Virus record (IMG/VR): IMGVR_UViG_3300024518_002913
Span: 1-35,424 of that record
Origin: a virus
Reading direction: 5' to 3' (one strand)
DNA: 35,424 bases
Part shown: positions 8,715 to 15,988 of the stretch, in pieces
How positions within the stretch are numbered: the first letter of the stretch is position 1
How the letters are laid out: each line of letters opens with the position of its first letter
Program-made: the position numbers and the translations under genes
Notes under the pieces: model-generated
Told to the model about the DNA's origin: nothing
Seen by the model: the letters and a program-made list of their open reading frames with translations, nothing else
Databases searched by the model: none

Positions 8715-9019
8715 AACATGCTTTCGCTTTTGCCTTCCATTATTCTAAGGTTATCTTTTGATGGATTATAAACTTCGGCTTTTTGCACTTTTAGTTTGGT
8801 CCTTCTTGGTGCTTCCGATACTGTGGAAGGTTTCTCAGGTTTTTGACCTTCTGACAGCCTTTTAAACTGCTTGTAATTGTACTGCCCTTGTCTGACTATA
8901 GACTTTTCAAGCCTTGATTCTGCACTATTAACCCATTTAACTAATTGAACCCATTCTAATATCTGGGCAACTATTCCGATTACTACTATGAAAATTATTA
9001 TTGCAAATTCATTTTTCAC
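8711..9019 (-). CDS. Membrane-anchored hypothetical protein (102 aa)
   Basis: GTG at 9019 is preceded by GAGG. An N-terminal TM segment (FAIIIFIVVIGIVAQI) is followed by a charged tail. Confidence 0.45.
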   Translation of the reverse strand: MKNEFAIIIFIVVIGIVAQILEWVQLVKWVNSAESRLEKSIVRQGQYNYKQFKRLSEGQKPEKPSTVSEAPRRTKLKVQKAEVYNPSKDNLRIMEGKSESMF

Positions 9020-9105
9020 TGATACCTCGCTATTAAATAGGCAAAACAAAATGCCATTGCCCCCATTGTTATCATCATTGCGAATCTTTTAAGAAAGTAT
9101 TTCAC
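9016..9105 (-). CDS. Possible 29-aa hydrophobic micro-protein
   Basis: GTG start, VKYFLKRFAMMITMGAMAFCFAYLIARYQ. GTGA overlaps link it to both neighbours. Too short for strong support. Confidence 0.25.
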   Translation of the reverse strand: MKYFLKRFAMMITMGAMAFCFAYLIARYQ

Positions 9106-9200
9106 CTAGCACCCCTAAAAAATCCTATGACTATAAACATGGCAACAAGAAGAATATAGTAATATATTTCCGGCTCTGTTATATCATAAATATCGTTCAT
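9102..9200 (-). CDS. Possible 32-aa hydrophobic micro-protein
   Basis: ATG at 9200 is preceded by AAGGAATTAAA. Reads MNDIYDITEPEIYYYILLVAMFIVIGFFRGAR. Confidence 0.3.
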   Translation of the reverse strand: MNDIYDITEPEIYYYILLVAMFIVIGFFRGAR

Positions 9201-9227
9201 TTTAATTCCTTAATTTTGTTAAAAAGT

Positions 9228-9255
9228 AGTGTATATATGCTATATAGGAGTTCAA
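9228..9255 (-). promoter_or_regulatory. Candidate sigma70-type promoter (TTGAAC-16-TACACT) overlapping a 7+1+7 palindrome
   Basis: On the minus strand, TTGAAC at 9255..9250 and TACACT at 9233..9228. The palindrome AGGAGTTcAACTCCT (9246..9260) covers the -35 element. Confidence 0.3.
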
Positions 9256-9378
9256 CTCCTGATTTACATACTTTTCTAGCCAGTAACTATCATTTTTTAA
9301 CTGTTTTCAGTTAATTTTTATCTGTTATCTCGGTTTATGTCGCCGATATTTCATAACTTAGAGACGATTTAGTTTTTT

Positions 9379-9450
9379 ATTGTCACGATTCACTACCTAT
9401 GGTACTGATCTGTGGCATGATTGTCACAAAAAGCACCCACTAATTGTGAC
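9379..9450. promoter_or_regulatory. Three TTGTSAC(AA) sites, a putative protein-binding motif
   Basis: ATTGTCAC at 9379..9386, ATTGTCACAA at 9420..9429 (TTGTnACAA is palindromic), TTGTGAC at 9444..9450. Confidence 0.35.
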
Positions 9451-9477
9451 TGGCATAGGTATGTTACAACCGGACCG

Positions 9478-9510
9478 CCATAAAACATCCATAAAACAAC
9501 CATAAAATAT
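9478..9510. repeat. Three tandem 11-bp iterons (CCATAAAACAT, CCATAAAACAA, CCATAAAATAT)
   Basis: Read directly from the sequence; the period of 11 bp equals one helical turn. Confidence 0.8.
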
Positions 9511-9570
9511 ACGCTATACCGTATAAATCATAGTTATACGCATTACAGTATATTCGATAGGATATAATAA

Positions 9571-9600
9571 CCATAAATATACCCATAAATACCCATATTG
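9571..9600. repeat. Second cluster of three CCATAWW repeats
   Basis: CCATAAATA at 9571 and 9583, CCATATTG at 9593, spaced 10-12 bp, in the same orientation as the first cluster. Confidence 0.7.
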
Positions 9601-9609
9601 TGTATAATA

Positions 9610-9927
9610 CTACACATTATCATTGCTCGATCCTGCCCGATCTAGGATTGCTTCGACTTTCTCATAATAAAACACATCACAGTCGTTTTGCGATTTATAA
9701 TTCACGGGGTAATCTGCTTCGTAAAATAACCTCGCAAACTCTTTCAGCGTCTGAAATTCAGTAACCCGTTTATCTATATGTGGGATTGTTTCGGTCATTT
9801 CATAGATTCTATTTTCTAGTGTGGCGTTTTCAATTTGCAAATCGGAAATTTGTTTTTCTAATTCCGATACGAAACTTACAACCATTTTACTTTCATGGTT
9901 TTTTAGCCGCTTACTTACTTCACTCAT
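9610..9927 (-). CDS. Coiled-coil hypothetical protein (105 aa)
   Basis: ORF track 9610..9933. ATG at 9927 makes an ATGA overlap with the upstream micro-ORF. Confidence 0.5.
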   Translation of the reverse strand: MSEVSKRLKNHESKMVVSFVSELEKQISDLQIENATLENRIYEMTETIPHIDKRVTEFQTLKEFARLFYEADYPVNYKSQNDCDVFYYEKVEAILDRAGSSNDNV

Positions 9928-10028
9928 TCCCACCCCCTAAGTGCCACTATAAAAAACCAGAATAAATAAGCTATAAAAGAGGCAATAATAGCTAAGGCAA
10001 TCATCCCAATTATTTTAAGAACGATCAT
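9924..10028 (-). CDS. Possible 34-aa single-TM micro-protein
   Basis: MIVLKIIGMIALAIIASFIAYLFWFFIVALRGWE, with ATGA overlaps at both ends. Confidence 0.35.
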   Translation of the reverse strand: MIVLKIIGMIALAIIASFIAYLFWFFIVALRGWE

Positions 10029-10501
10029 AGATACTCCTTCAATTTTTTATATAATTCTAAATTAATTCCGCCCCCTTTTATAAACCCGTTTACTATTCCT
10101 TTGATTAATTCTTTTAGATTCTCGTTTTCTTCTTTACACTTTTCGTAAACGCTATTCAAAGCCTTGTATTCAATCGAATCTTCTGCTGTTGGGTTTTGCT
10201 TTGTCACTCTTGCCTTTCCTTTTGGTAGGTTTCCAGTAGTCGCATAAACTGAAACTCTCTTTCCTGATGATGGGGAAATTGTATCTCTTATTACTGATAT
10301 TACGCCAAGTCTTTCAAGTTCGCTAAATCTTGAGCTATAACTTCCATTGGCTTCTACGTCGAATCTACTTAGAGTTTGTATTGCTTCCCTCTGAGTACAT
10401 GGTCCTTCTTTGACAATATACTCGTAAACTTTCATTCTTAGTTTGCTTAGTGTTCCGTCTTTTTTAATTTGTTCAAATGCTTCTAGGCTAGTCAGTCTCA
10501 T
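10025..10501 (-). CDS. Winged-helix (MarR-like) DNA-binding protein
   Basis: N-terminal segment KLRMKVYEYIVKEGPCTQREAIQTLSRF...SSRFSELERLGVISVIRD resembles a wHTH; the C-terminus looks coiled-coil. Confidence 0.5.
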   Translation of the reverse strand: MRLTSLEAFEQIKKDGTLSKLRMKVYEYIVKEGPCTQREAIQTLSRFDVEANGSYSSRFSELERLGVISVIRDTISPSSGKRVSVYATTGNLPKGKARVTKQNPTAEDSIEYKALNSVYEKCKEENENLKELIKGIVNGFIKGGGINLELYKKLKEYL

Positions 10502-10502
10502 G

Positions 10503-10802
10503 TTAATAGTTCCTTGTTTCTGTTGCTCTGGCTAGTTTTTCTTTTAATTCTTTGTTTTCTGCTCTTAGTTTTTCTATGTCTGGCGTTGTCACTTCCAAAA
10601 AAAGTTTTTGTGCCTCGGTTGAGCAAAAAGAATCAAATATTTGCATAACCTGTCTTGTTAGTTTGAATGGGTCTCTCGGCGTTAGCAATACAGCTTTAAA
10701 GTTTCCGTCTTTTATTTTCTCCATAGCTTCTTTTTGATAAGGGTGCATCTTAAACCCATTATCCGAACATTCCCCCTGATTTTTTGCTGTCGTAAGTGTC
10801 AT
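10503..10802 (-). CDS. Hypothetical protein (99 aa)
   Basis: ORF track 10503..10832. ATG at 10802 is preceded by GAGGGAATATT. It overlaps the terL 3' end by 44 nt. Confidence 0.45.
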   Translation of the reverse strand: MTLTTAKNQGECSDNGFKMHPYQKEAMEKIKDGNFKAVLLTPRDPFKLTRQVMQIFDSFCSTEAQKLFLEVTTPDIEKLRAENKELKEKLARATETRNY

Positions 10803-12411
10803 AATATTCCCTCGATTTTTTGGCGATTGCATGAACTGGTAATTTATATTGTTTCCATGCCATTATTGCTAAACAAGCCGCCACTATCCTGTCTAAGCCA
10901 TTTAATACTACGCCACCATTCGACTCTCTGGCAAGCCCTCCCATTTCGACAAGTAAAGGAATCCAACGCGGTTTCCAGTCTTTGTCACGGAATACTCTTA
11001 TAAGTTCATTTATCATAATTGTTTTTGAAAGCTCAGTAGTACGCCATCCGTACTTTGTCTCCTTTTTCTTTTTAACCTTATCTTCTTTCACTTCTTTATA
11101 GATAGGGTGATAACCAGCATTGCGCACTGTGGTTACTGTTGTGTGCCCCATGTTATTGTTTTCAATACATAATAAGGCTTTGTTGTACATGGTCCCGATT
11201 CCGATTAATAGGTGACCAAACATATCGGGATCAATCTTCCCGCACCATGTGGCAACTTCGTTAAGCTGGTCATCAATCACATAAAATGCGCTGCTGTCAC
11301 CTTGTTCTAAGCCTTCCGCAACGTCTGCCCCTACAAAGTATTGGCGTCCGTCCTGTGGCGGGCTTAAAATCGTTATTTCTGGCATACGATCTTTTAGCAT
11401 ATAGTTTTCTGTTTTGATATTCTGGGCGATATTTGAAGGTCTGCATTTTCTTAACCCGTTCTGTAATTCAGCAATGTAATAAGGATCAAATACTGGTCTG
11501 CCTGAGCTTCTAAATGCTTCCTCTGGAGTTAATGGGAAATCTTGTTTAAATCTTTCTTTGGCTGGTAGGGCATGATCCGTATTGGTCATATCTTTGCGGT
11601 ACTCTGACATTTTTAACCTACGCCACATTAAATTGCCGTTTGTTACCTTTGGTTCTATTTTTAAGATTTCTTTTTCATCTTGATTAGGTCTAAAATCAAC
11701 TGGTACTGGCATTGTATAATCATCTACCTCATACCATGCAACGAAAAATGGCTTATAGATAGACTCCCCTGCTTCTGCCGCTAACCATAGCTCATAAAAT
11801 GGCGCACCTATTCCCTGCTTTCCGTTAGCTGTCGATTCCTTAATTATATAAGAATTATCGAATAACGGTATAGAGTTTTGAATCCCTTCATCAATATCAT
11901 CAGGATAAAGAAAAAAAGCGCATTCTGTCATGTGGGCAAATAATCTTGAGCCAGCCCGCCCGCAGTTTTTATCCCTTGCGGTCCCGTATTTTACCGCCGA
12001 TCCCAACCCAGCTTTTTGCCCAAGCTCGTCACGGCGTGGGTTATCAAGTAGTATTTTTTCAATATTATCTGACTCAACTTGCGGTCTAATTTTGTCATCA
12101 AGTGACACAAGAAAATTCGAGTATACATCACGCATCTCCATGGTACGGGCATACTGGTCCGCTATCGCAATACCTCTAAAATGGTGTGAAGTACACATCT
12201 TCCACATATAAATAGAGGCGCATAACGTAGTGAATCCAGCTTGCCTAGGTTTTAAAACTATGACCCGTTTAGGTCCCTTAATCTGGTCAAGAAATCTATA
12301 AAACTTTTTCTGATAATCCCTAAGATAAAAGGGATCGTTTTCGCCATACTTAGTTTTTATCCTATGAAATAGCTCGGCGTACTCTATATAATTTTCTAAT
12401 AACTCCATCAA
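10759..12411 (-). CDS. terL: Terminase large subunit
   Basis: 550 aa with a Walker-A-like VIVLKPRQAGFTTL near the N-terminus, followed by a nuclease-sized C-terminal half. Size and layout are typical of TerL. Confidence 0.85.
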   Translation of the reverse strand: MMELLENYIEYAELFHRIKTKYGENDPFYLRDYQKKFYRFLDQIKGPKRVIVLKPRQAGFTTLCASIYMWKMCTSHHFRGIAIADQYARTMEMRDVYSNFLVSLDDKIRPQVESDNIEKILLDNPRRDELGQKAGLGSAVKYGTARDKNCGRAGSRLFAHMTECAFFLYPDDIDEGIQNSIPLFDNSYIIKESTANGKQGIGAPFYELWLAAEAGESIYKPFFVAWYEVDDYTMPVPVDFRPNQDEKEILKIEPKVTNGNLMWRRLKMSEYRKDMTNTDHALPAKERFKQDFPLTPEEAFRSSGRPVFDPYYIAELQNGLRKCRPSNIAQNIKTENYMLKDRMPEITILSPPQDGRQYFVGADVAEGLEQGDSSAFYVIDDQLNEVATWCGKIDPDMFGHLLIGIGTMYNKALLCIENNNMGHTTVTTVRNAGYHPIYKEVKEDKVKKKKETKYGWRTTELSKTIMINELIRVFRDKDWKPRWIPLLVEMGGLARESNGGVVLNGLDRIVAACLAIMAWKQYKLPVHAIAKKSREYYDTYDSKKSGGMFG

Positions 12412-12581
12412 GGACAGGCCCAGCCTTCAATATTTGGCTTCCAGTTTTCACCGTTTACTAGAGCCTCTTTGGATAACCACATAATAAACCCTTTATCGTC
12501 CACAAATTCCATCATATCTTCATCGGGAATAATCCTTATAAGTCTCCAAACTTTATTTTTCCTAATTATTGTCCAACTCAT
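12408..12581 (-). CDS. Hypothetical protein (57 aa)
   Basis: ATG at 12581 makes an ATGA overlap with the upstream gene (MSWTIIRKNKVWRL...). Its stop overlaps the terL start. Confidence 0.4.
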   Translation of the reverse strand: MSWTIIRKNKVWRLIRIIPDEDMMEFVDDKGFIMWLSKEALVNGENWKPNIEGWACP

Positions 12582-12787
12582 TCTTCCCACTCCGGTTTTA
12601 CTAGATAAGCAACATCGCAATATTTGCACCTTGCTATCATTTCATTAATCTTCAATATGCCATAAAGAATATCATTCGGATTAGAGCAACAAGGGCAGCA
12701 CCATTGCACGTTACCAGTGCCGCCTACTTCTTTAGGTTGATGCTTTTCTAGTTCTTTAACTATTTTGTCATCAAGATTATTTCTCAT
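12578..12787 (-). CDS. Zinc-ribbon hypothetical protein (69 aa)
   Basis: Cys pairs WCCPCC ... CKYCD. Confidence 0.5.
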   Translation of the reverse strand: MRNNLDDKIVKELEKHQPKEVGGTGNVQWCCPCCSNPNDILYGILKINEMIARCKYCDVAYLVKPEWEE

Positions 12788-12966
12788 ATCGTTACCTCTT
12801 CCCCGTCTGTGCTATCTATAACTTGGATAACATCGTCTCCATATTCTGCAACCTCTGCATCTGCCATAGCAAACGCGCTTTCTTTTGTTGTAGCCGATCC
12901 TATAAAATCATTAAACCCGCCAGAAGGGTAATAAGTTGAAAAGGTAAAAACTAAATACCTATTCAT
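12784..12966 (-). CDS. Hypothetical protein (60 aa)
   Basis: ORF track; translationally coupled to both neighbours. Confidence 0.45.
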   Translation of the reverse strand: MNRYLVFTFSTYYPSGGFNDFIGSATTKESAFAMADAEVAEYGDDVIQVIDSTDGEEVTI

Positions 12967-13244
12967 ATCGCCCTCGCTATATAGGAGAGTATTGTCATAT
13001 TGACTATGAAACTTTCTCCCTCTATGTGAATTTCCACCTTGTCATTGCCAAGAAAATCAACCATAACTCTCCGATTGCCTATTAAATACGGATTGTTAGC
13101 TTTCCGTTTCGGATCTTTTACTTGACTACCCTGGTCGGGTACTTTATCTCCGCATTTTTCGCAGCAATCCCTGAAACGTATTAGGTGCTTGCAAAATCCT
13201 GACTCTATAAATTCGCTAACTGGTACGCTAGTACGCCCTGTCAT
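12963..13244 (-). CDS. Cys-cluster hypothetical protein (93 aa)
   Basis: Contains CKHLIRFRDCCEKCGD; coupled to the downstream gene. Confidence 0.45.
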   Translation of the reverse strand: MTGRTSVPVSEFIESGFCKHLIRFRDCCEKCGDKVPDQGSQVKDPKRKANNPYLIGNRRVMVDFLGNDKVEIHIEGESFIVNMTILSYIARAI

Positions 13245-13505
13245 TTATAGGTCCAAGTAAGCAATGATAGTTTTTTGAATGGCAACGTACTCGGTCCGGC
13301 TTGCTGTCGTTGAGCCTGTCGCGTTTGTGATTGTTAGCGTGTTGCCTGACAGGGTTAGCGTTACCGTAATTCCTCCACTTGTAAAAATCAAGGTCGTAAT
13401 AAAGCTATCTGATTGTAAAATTTTCATAGCTTCTTTTACTGTCGCCTCTGTTAAATCTTCTTCTGCTGTTACTGCGATTGATGGGCTTACTTTTGTAATC
13501 GTCAA
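13245..13505 (-). CDS. Hypothetical protein (86 aa), Thr-rich
   Basis: ORF track; overlaps the HNH gene stop by 4 nt. Confidence 0.45.
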   Translation of the reverse strand: MTITKVSPSIAVTAEEDLTEATVKEAMKILQSDSFITTLIFTSGGITVTLTLSGNTLTITNATGSTTASRTEYVAIQKTIIAYLDL

Positions 13506-13936
13506 GATTGACTCCTTTTTTTAAGTTTATATTTTTTTAAATTTCTTCTTGCACATATTCTACAGGCTCTTGCGCCCGTCTTTTCTATTTTTAAATTTTC
13601 ACCAGAAAAAGGATGCCCCCACTTACAATGCGTTTTCGCTAAGTTTTCGTGCCTTCCTCTTTTCATTTTGTCTTTTACGTTATCTGCCCTTGTTCCTACT
13701 CGGAGATGATAAGGGTTGCAACAAGGCGGGTTATCGCATGAATGAAGTATGCAATCATCTTTCTTTATGTCTTTACCTTTAAAAAAGAAATATGCAAACC
13801 TGTGGGCAAGTTGGGCTTTTCCGTCTATAAATATTCTTCCGTGCCCAAAGTGACCCTTTCCAGCCTTCCACTCCCAGCAATTATTTAAAGGGTCTTTTGG
13901 AATATTAACCTTGTCCCAGAATCTTTTCATAGCCAA
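13502..13936 (-). CDS. HNH endonuclease
   Basis: CWEWKAGK..GHGRI...AHRFAYFF...ILHSCDNPPCCNPYHLRVGTRADNVKDK is a classic phage HNH_3 pattern. Confidence 0.8.
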   Translation of the reverse strand: MAMKRFWDKVNIPKDPLNNCWEWKAGKGHFGHGRIFIDGKAQLAHRFAYFFFKGKDIKKDDCILHSCDNPPCCNPYHLRVGTRADNVKDKMKRGRHENLAKTHCKWGHPFSGENLKIEKTGARACRICARRNLKKYKLKKRSQS

Positions 13937-14301
13937 TCCCTATTAATCATATCGTCATTGTATTCAATTCTATATTCATTTGTTGGAAATAATCTGCAAT
14001 AGAAAGGGTCTTTGCTTTCCTTGGCTTCTTCTTTGTCGCTCCTAACTACTCCCAGCATTCTTTCTTTAAGCCTTTTTTTATATCTTTTCATTTCGTCATA
14101 CTTTTCGACTAATGCGATTACATCATCATTTACCGGATGAAGTGCCGTTAATTGTCTCGCTTCCCTTAAGTAATCGTGTACCGTTTTTCTGCATATCCTT
14201 AATGATTTCGCAGCGAGTTCTTTGTCTCCGTCGTGAAAGTTTAAGACTTTCATGGTCCATTCTAATTTAACTAAATTTAGACATTTTATGCCCTTACTCA
14301 T
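13927..14301 (-). CDS. Small HTH DNA-binding protein (Fis-type-like)
   Basis: GDKELAAKSLRICRKTVHDYLREA resembles a Fis/HTH_8-type helix-turn-helix. Confidence 0.45.
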   Translation of the reverse strand: MSKGIKCLNLVKLEWTMKVLNFHDGDKELAAKSLRICRKTVHDYLREARQLTALHPVNDDVIALVEKYDEMKRYKKRLKERMLGVVRSDKEEAKESKDPFYCRLFPTNEYRIEYNDDMINRDWL

Positions 14302-14470
14302 TTAAAATCCAATCTTGAGCGTTCACCGCTTCTTTTGTCATTATAACAGGAAGATATATCCCTGCGTCTGTTGCTTGTAGAATAGAGCCGTCACTCGATA
14401 CAACCAGAAAGAAGAGATATTTCGATCTTCTAAATGGTTTTCCTGAATTGACGGCTTCTATAAACGTCAT
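14294..14470 (-). CDS. Mini DUF2829-like protein (58 aa)
   Basis: Below the ORF-track size cutoff. Reads MTFIEAVNSGKPFRRSKYLFF...TKEAVNAQDWILNE, with the family-like N-terminal FxEAxxxGKxxRR and C-terminal A(E/Q)DWIL motifs. Confidence 0.45.
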   Translation of the reverse strand: MTFIEAVNSGKPFRRSKYLFFLVVSSDGSILQATDAGIYLPVIMTKEAVNAQDWILNE

Positions 14471-14474
14471 TGGC

Positions 14475-15086
14475 TTATACTGCCAAATTCTCTAGTACGT
14501 CCGTTGGGTCTGCTTTCACTCCTAGGCTATCTAGGTCAACGTCATCAATATGCCTAAAATGTTTTCGCCATTCCGGCTCACTTAAGATTATCCTATCGAC
14601 TCTCTCAAGGTCACCTTTGTAATCTGACTCTGTTGGTGAAATACCCATTTTAATTTTTTCCTGTACCCCGTCCTTAACTCTTTCAACCGATGGAATGGTG
14701 AAGCTATGAAAGACCGTATACATTTCAAAGGGTTTTCCTGCTGCTGGGTCTGTCCTGTACTTAAATTCCATTCCTACTTCCATTTTACGGAATCTTCCAG
14801 CTTTAATTAGATGGTGCATTTCGCAACGTAAATTTGAGCTCTTAACCTCGTAAGCATTGAAATCATACCAATCATCAGTGTGGTCAACCAATCTACCTCT
14901 TGAAAATTCCCAAGCTAGGACAGGACCAACTGCATCTATGCTTTTCTTTCTTAGCTTGCTCTTAATAAGCTCTAACGTGTCGTTAAATAATCTCAGCCTT
15001 CTGCTTCTTGTTGCTTCGTCCTGAATCATTGTAATTTCTGAAAAAGTTCTTTTTAATACTTCAAATTTTGATAATAGTTCTTTCAA
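14475..15086 (-). CDS. Hypothetical protein (203 aa)
   Basis: ORF track; no motif recognised. Flanked by the two DUF2829-like genes. Confidence 0.5.
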   Translation of the reverse strand: MKELLSKFEVLKRTFSEITMIQDEATRSRRLRLFNDTLELIKSKLRKKSIDAVGPVLAWEFSRGRLVDHTDDWYDFNAYEVKSSNLRCEMHHLIKAGRFRKMEVGMEFKYRTDPAAGKPFEMYTVFHSFTIPSVERVKDGVQEKIKMGISPTESDYKGDLERVDRIILSEPEWRKHFRHIDDVDLDSLGVKADPTDVLENLAV

Positions 15087-15096
15087 GTTTAACCCC

Positions 15097-15441
15097 TTAT
15101 AATAAAATCCAATCTTCTGCTAGTATAGAATCATGCCCAAGTCCAAGAGGTAAAACTGTTACCCCGTGTGGTCCCTCTTTTGTTAAGGCAAGCCAAGGCT
15201 CTGTGATTTTGTCGTGTAGATCAACTGGCTTCAATGAAACGTGGATATAGTCAACGTCATCATGCCACGCCTTTCTTGTAACCTTATGTGTAATATGTTC
15301 CTTTAGGTAGTCTATTGCTTTCCCAATTCCTACGCCATCGTTAATTAATTCAACTGGGCAATGTGAATCCCCATTAAGTCCTGCGTTGTTTGCTTTATCT
15401 ACTAGGCTTGTTTTTGCATAGCCTGACCTTGCGTTTTCCAT
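15097..15441 (-). CDS. DUF2829-family protein (Thoeris anti-defence Tad2-type fold)
   Basis: IGKAIDYLKEHITHKVTRKAWHDD ... PWLALT ... DSILAEDWILL matches the DUF2829 layout: an A..lk.G.kv.R..W N-terminal motif and a LAEDW C-terminus. Confidence 0.6.
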   Translation of the reverse strand: MENARSGYAKTSLVDKANNAGLNGDSHCPVELINDGVGIGKAIDYLKEHITHKVTRKAWHDDVDYIHVSLKPVDLHDKITEPWLALTKEGPHGVTVLPLGLGHDSILAEDWILL

Positions 15442-15527
15442 TTTGATTTCCTTTAGCCGCCTATTAAAATGGCTGCTATGAATAAGATTAATATAATTAA
15501 ATAATTTTCCACTCTTTCCTTAAAGAA

Positions 15528-15640
15528 GGCGCAGCCTCCTGTAATCCGTCGATCTTTTGCAAAGAACTGCGCCCCCTGATCCCCGCCCTTTTACCCCTCC
15601 ACCTTGCGGCTTTAATGGGGGTTCATACGGGTTACCCTTT
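15528..15640 (-). other. GC-rich structured island: 7-bp stem (15528..15534 with 15567..15573) plus a G-quadruplex motif (15572..15597, minus strand)
   Basis: The minus strand reads GGGGTAAAAGGGCGGGGATCAGGGGG, four G3+ tracts with loops of 5, 1 and 4 nt. GGCGCAG/CTGCGCC is an inverted repeat enclosing a TCTTT/AAAGA mini-hairpin. The composition contrasts strongly with the AT-rich genome. Confidence 0.5.
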
Positions 15641-15988
15641 AAACACCGTGCTTTCTTTTTTGCTTTCCTTGGCTTTCCCTGCTTTGTTTTCTTTAAAGCA
15701 TTTTTCATAAGCTTTTTTAGTCATGGTCACTTCCCCATATTTGCCATCAATGGAAATCTTATCTCCTTCTACATTGCACCGATAAACTAGCCCCTTGTCA
15801 AATAGACCATTCTGCTCGACGCATAGAGCCTTAACATTCTTTCTTTTCTGGCTCGGCTTCTGCTTCTGATTGCTCCCCTTCGTTACTGAGTTGCTTAGTT
15901 TCGGGGGTGATACAACCCTCTTTAGGGGTGCTTTCCCTAAATCCAACTTCTTCGATACTTTCTTTGTCGCTTTCTTTTTTACGTTCAT
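15632..15988 (-). CDS. Hypothetical protein, N-terminal extent uncertain (overlaps the terS 3' end out of frame)
   Basis: The C-terminal part (ALCVEQNGLFDKGLVYRCNVEGDKISIDGKYGEVTMTKKAYEKCF) looks genuinely coding. The only in-frame starts (ATG 15988, TTG about 15946) lie inside terS. Confidence 0.4.
   Translation of the reverse strand: MNVKKKATKKVSKKLDLGKAPLKRVVSPPKLSNSVTKGSNQKQKPSQKRKNVKALCVEQNGLFDKGLVYRCNVEGDKISIDGKYGEVTMTKKAYEKCFKENKAGKAKESKKESTVFKG

Noticed and set aside
9246-9260. tRNA T-arm-like string GGAGTTCAACTCC
   Set aside because: Only 5 nt lie between the would-be G53 and C61 positions, where 7 are needed. No acceptor, D or anticodon arms can be built around it. It is better explained as a 7+1+7 palindrome overlapping a promoter.
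9478-9600. Short tandem repeats as a possible CRISPR array
   Set aside because: The repeat unit is only about 11 bp with no spacers of CRISPR size, and no cas genes are present. It is interpreted as iterons.
15520-15708. 62-aa minus-strand ORF (MKNALKKTKQGKPRKAKKKARCLKGNPYEPPLKPQGGGVKGRGSGG...)
   Set aside because: Its 5' part overlaps the better-supported upstream ORF. Its 3' part is simply the G-tract/GC-stem island read as protein, giving an implausible Gly/Arg/Lys low-complexity sequence.
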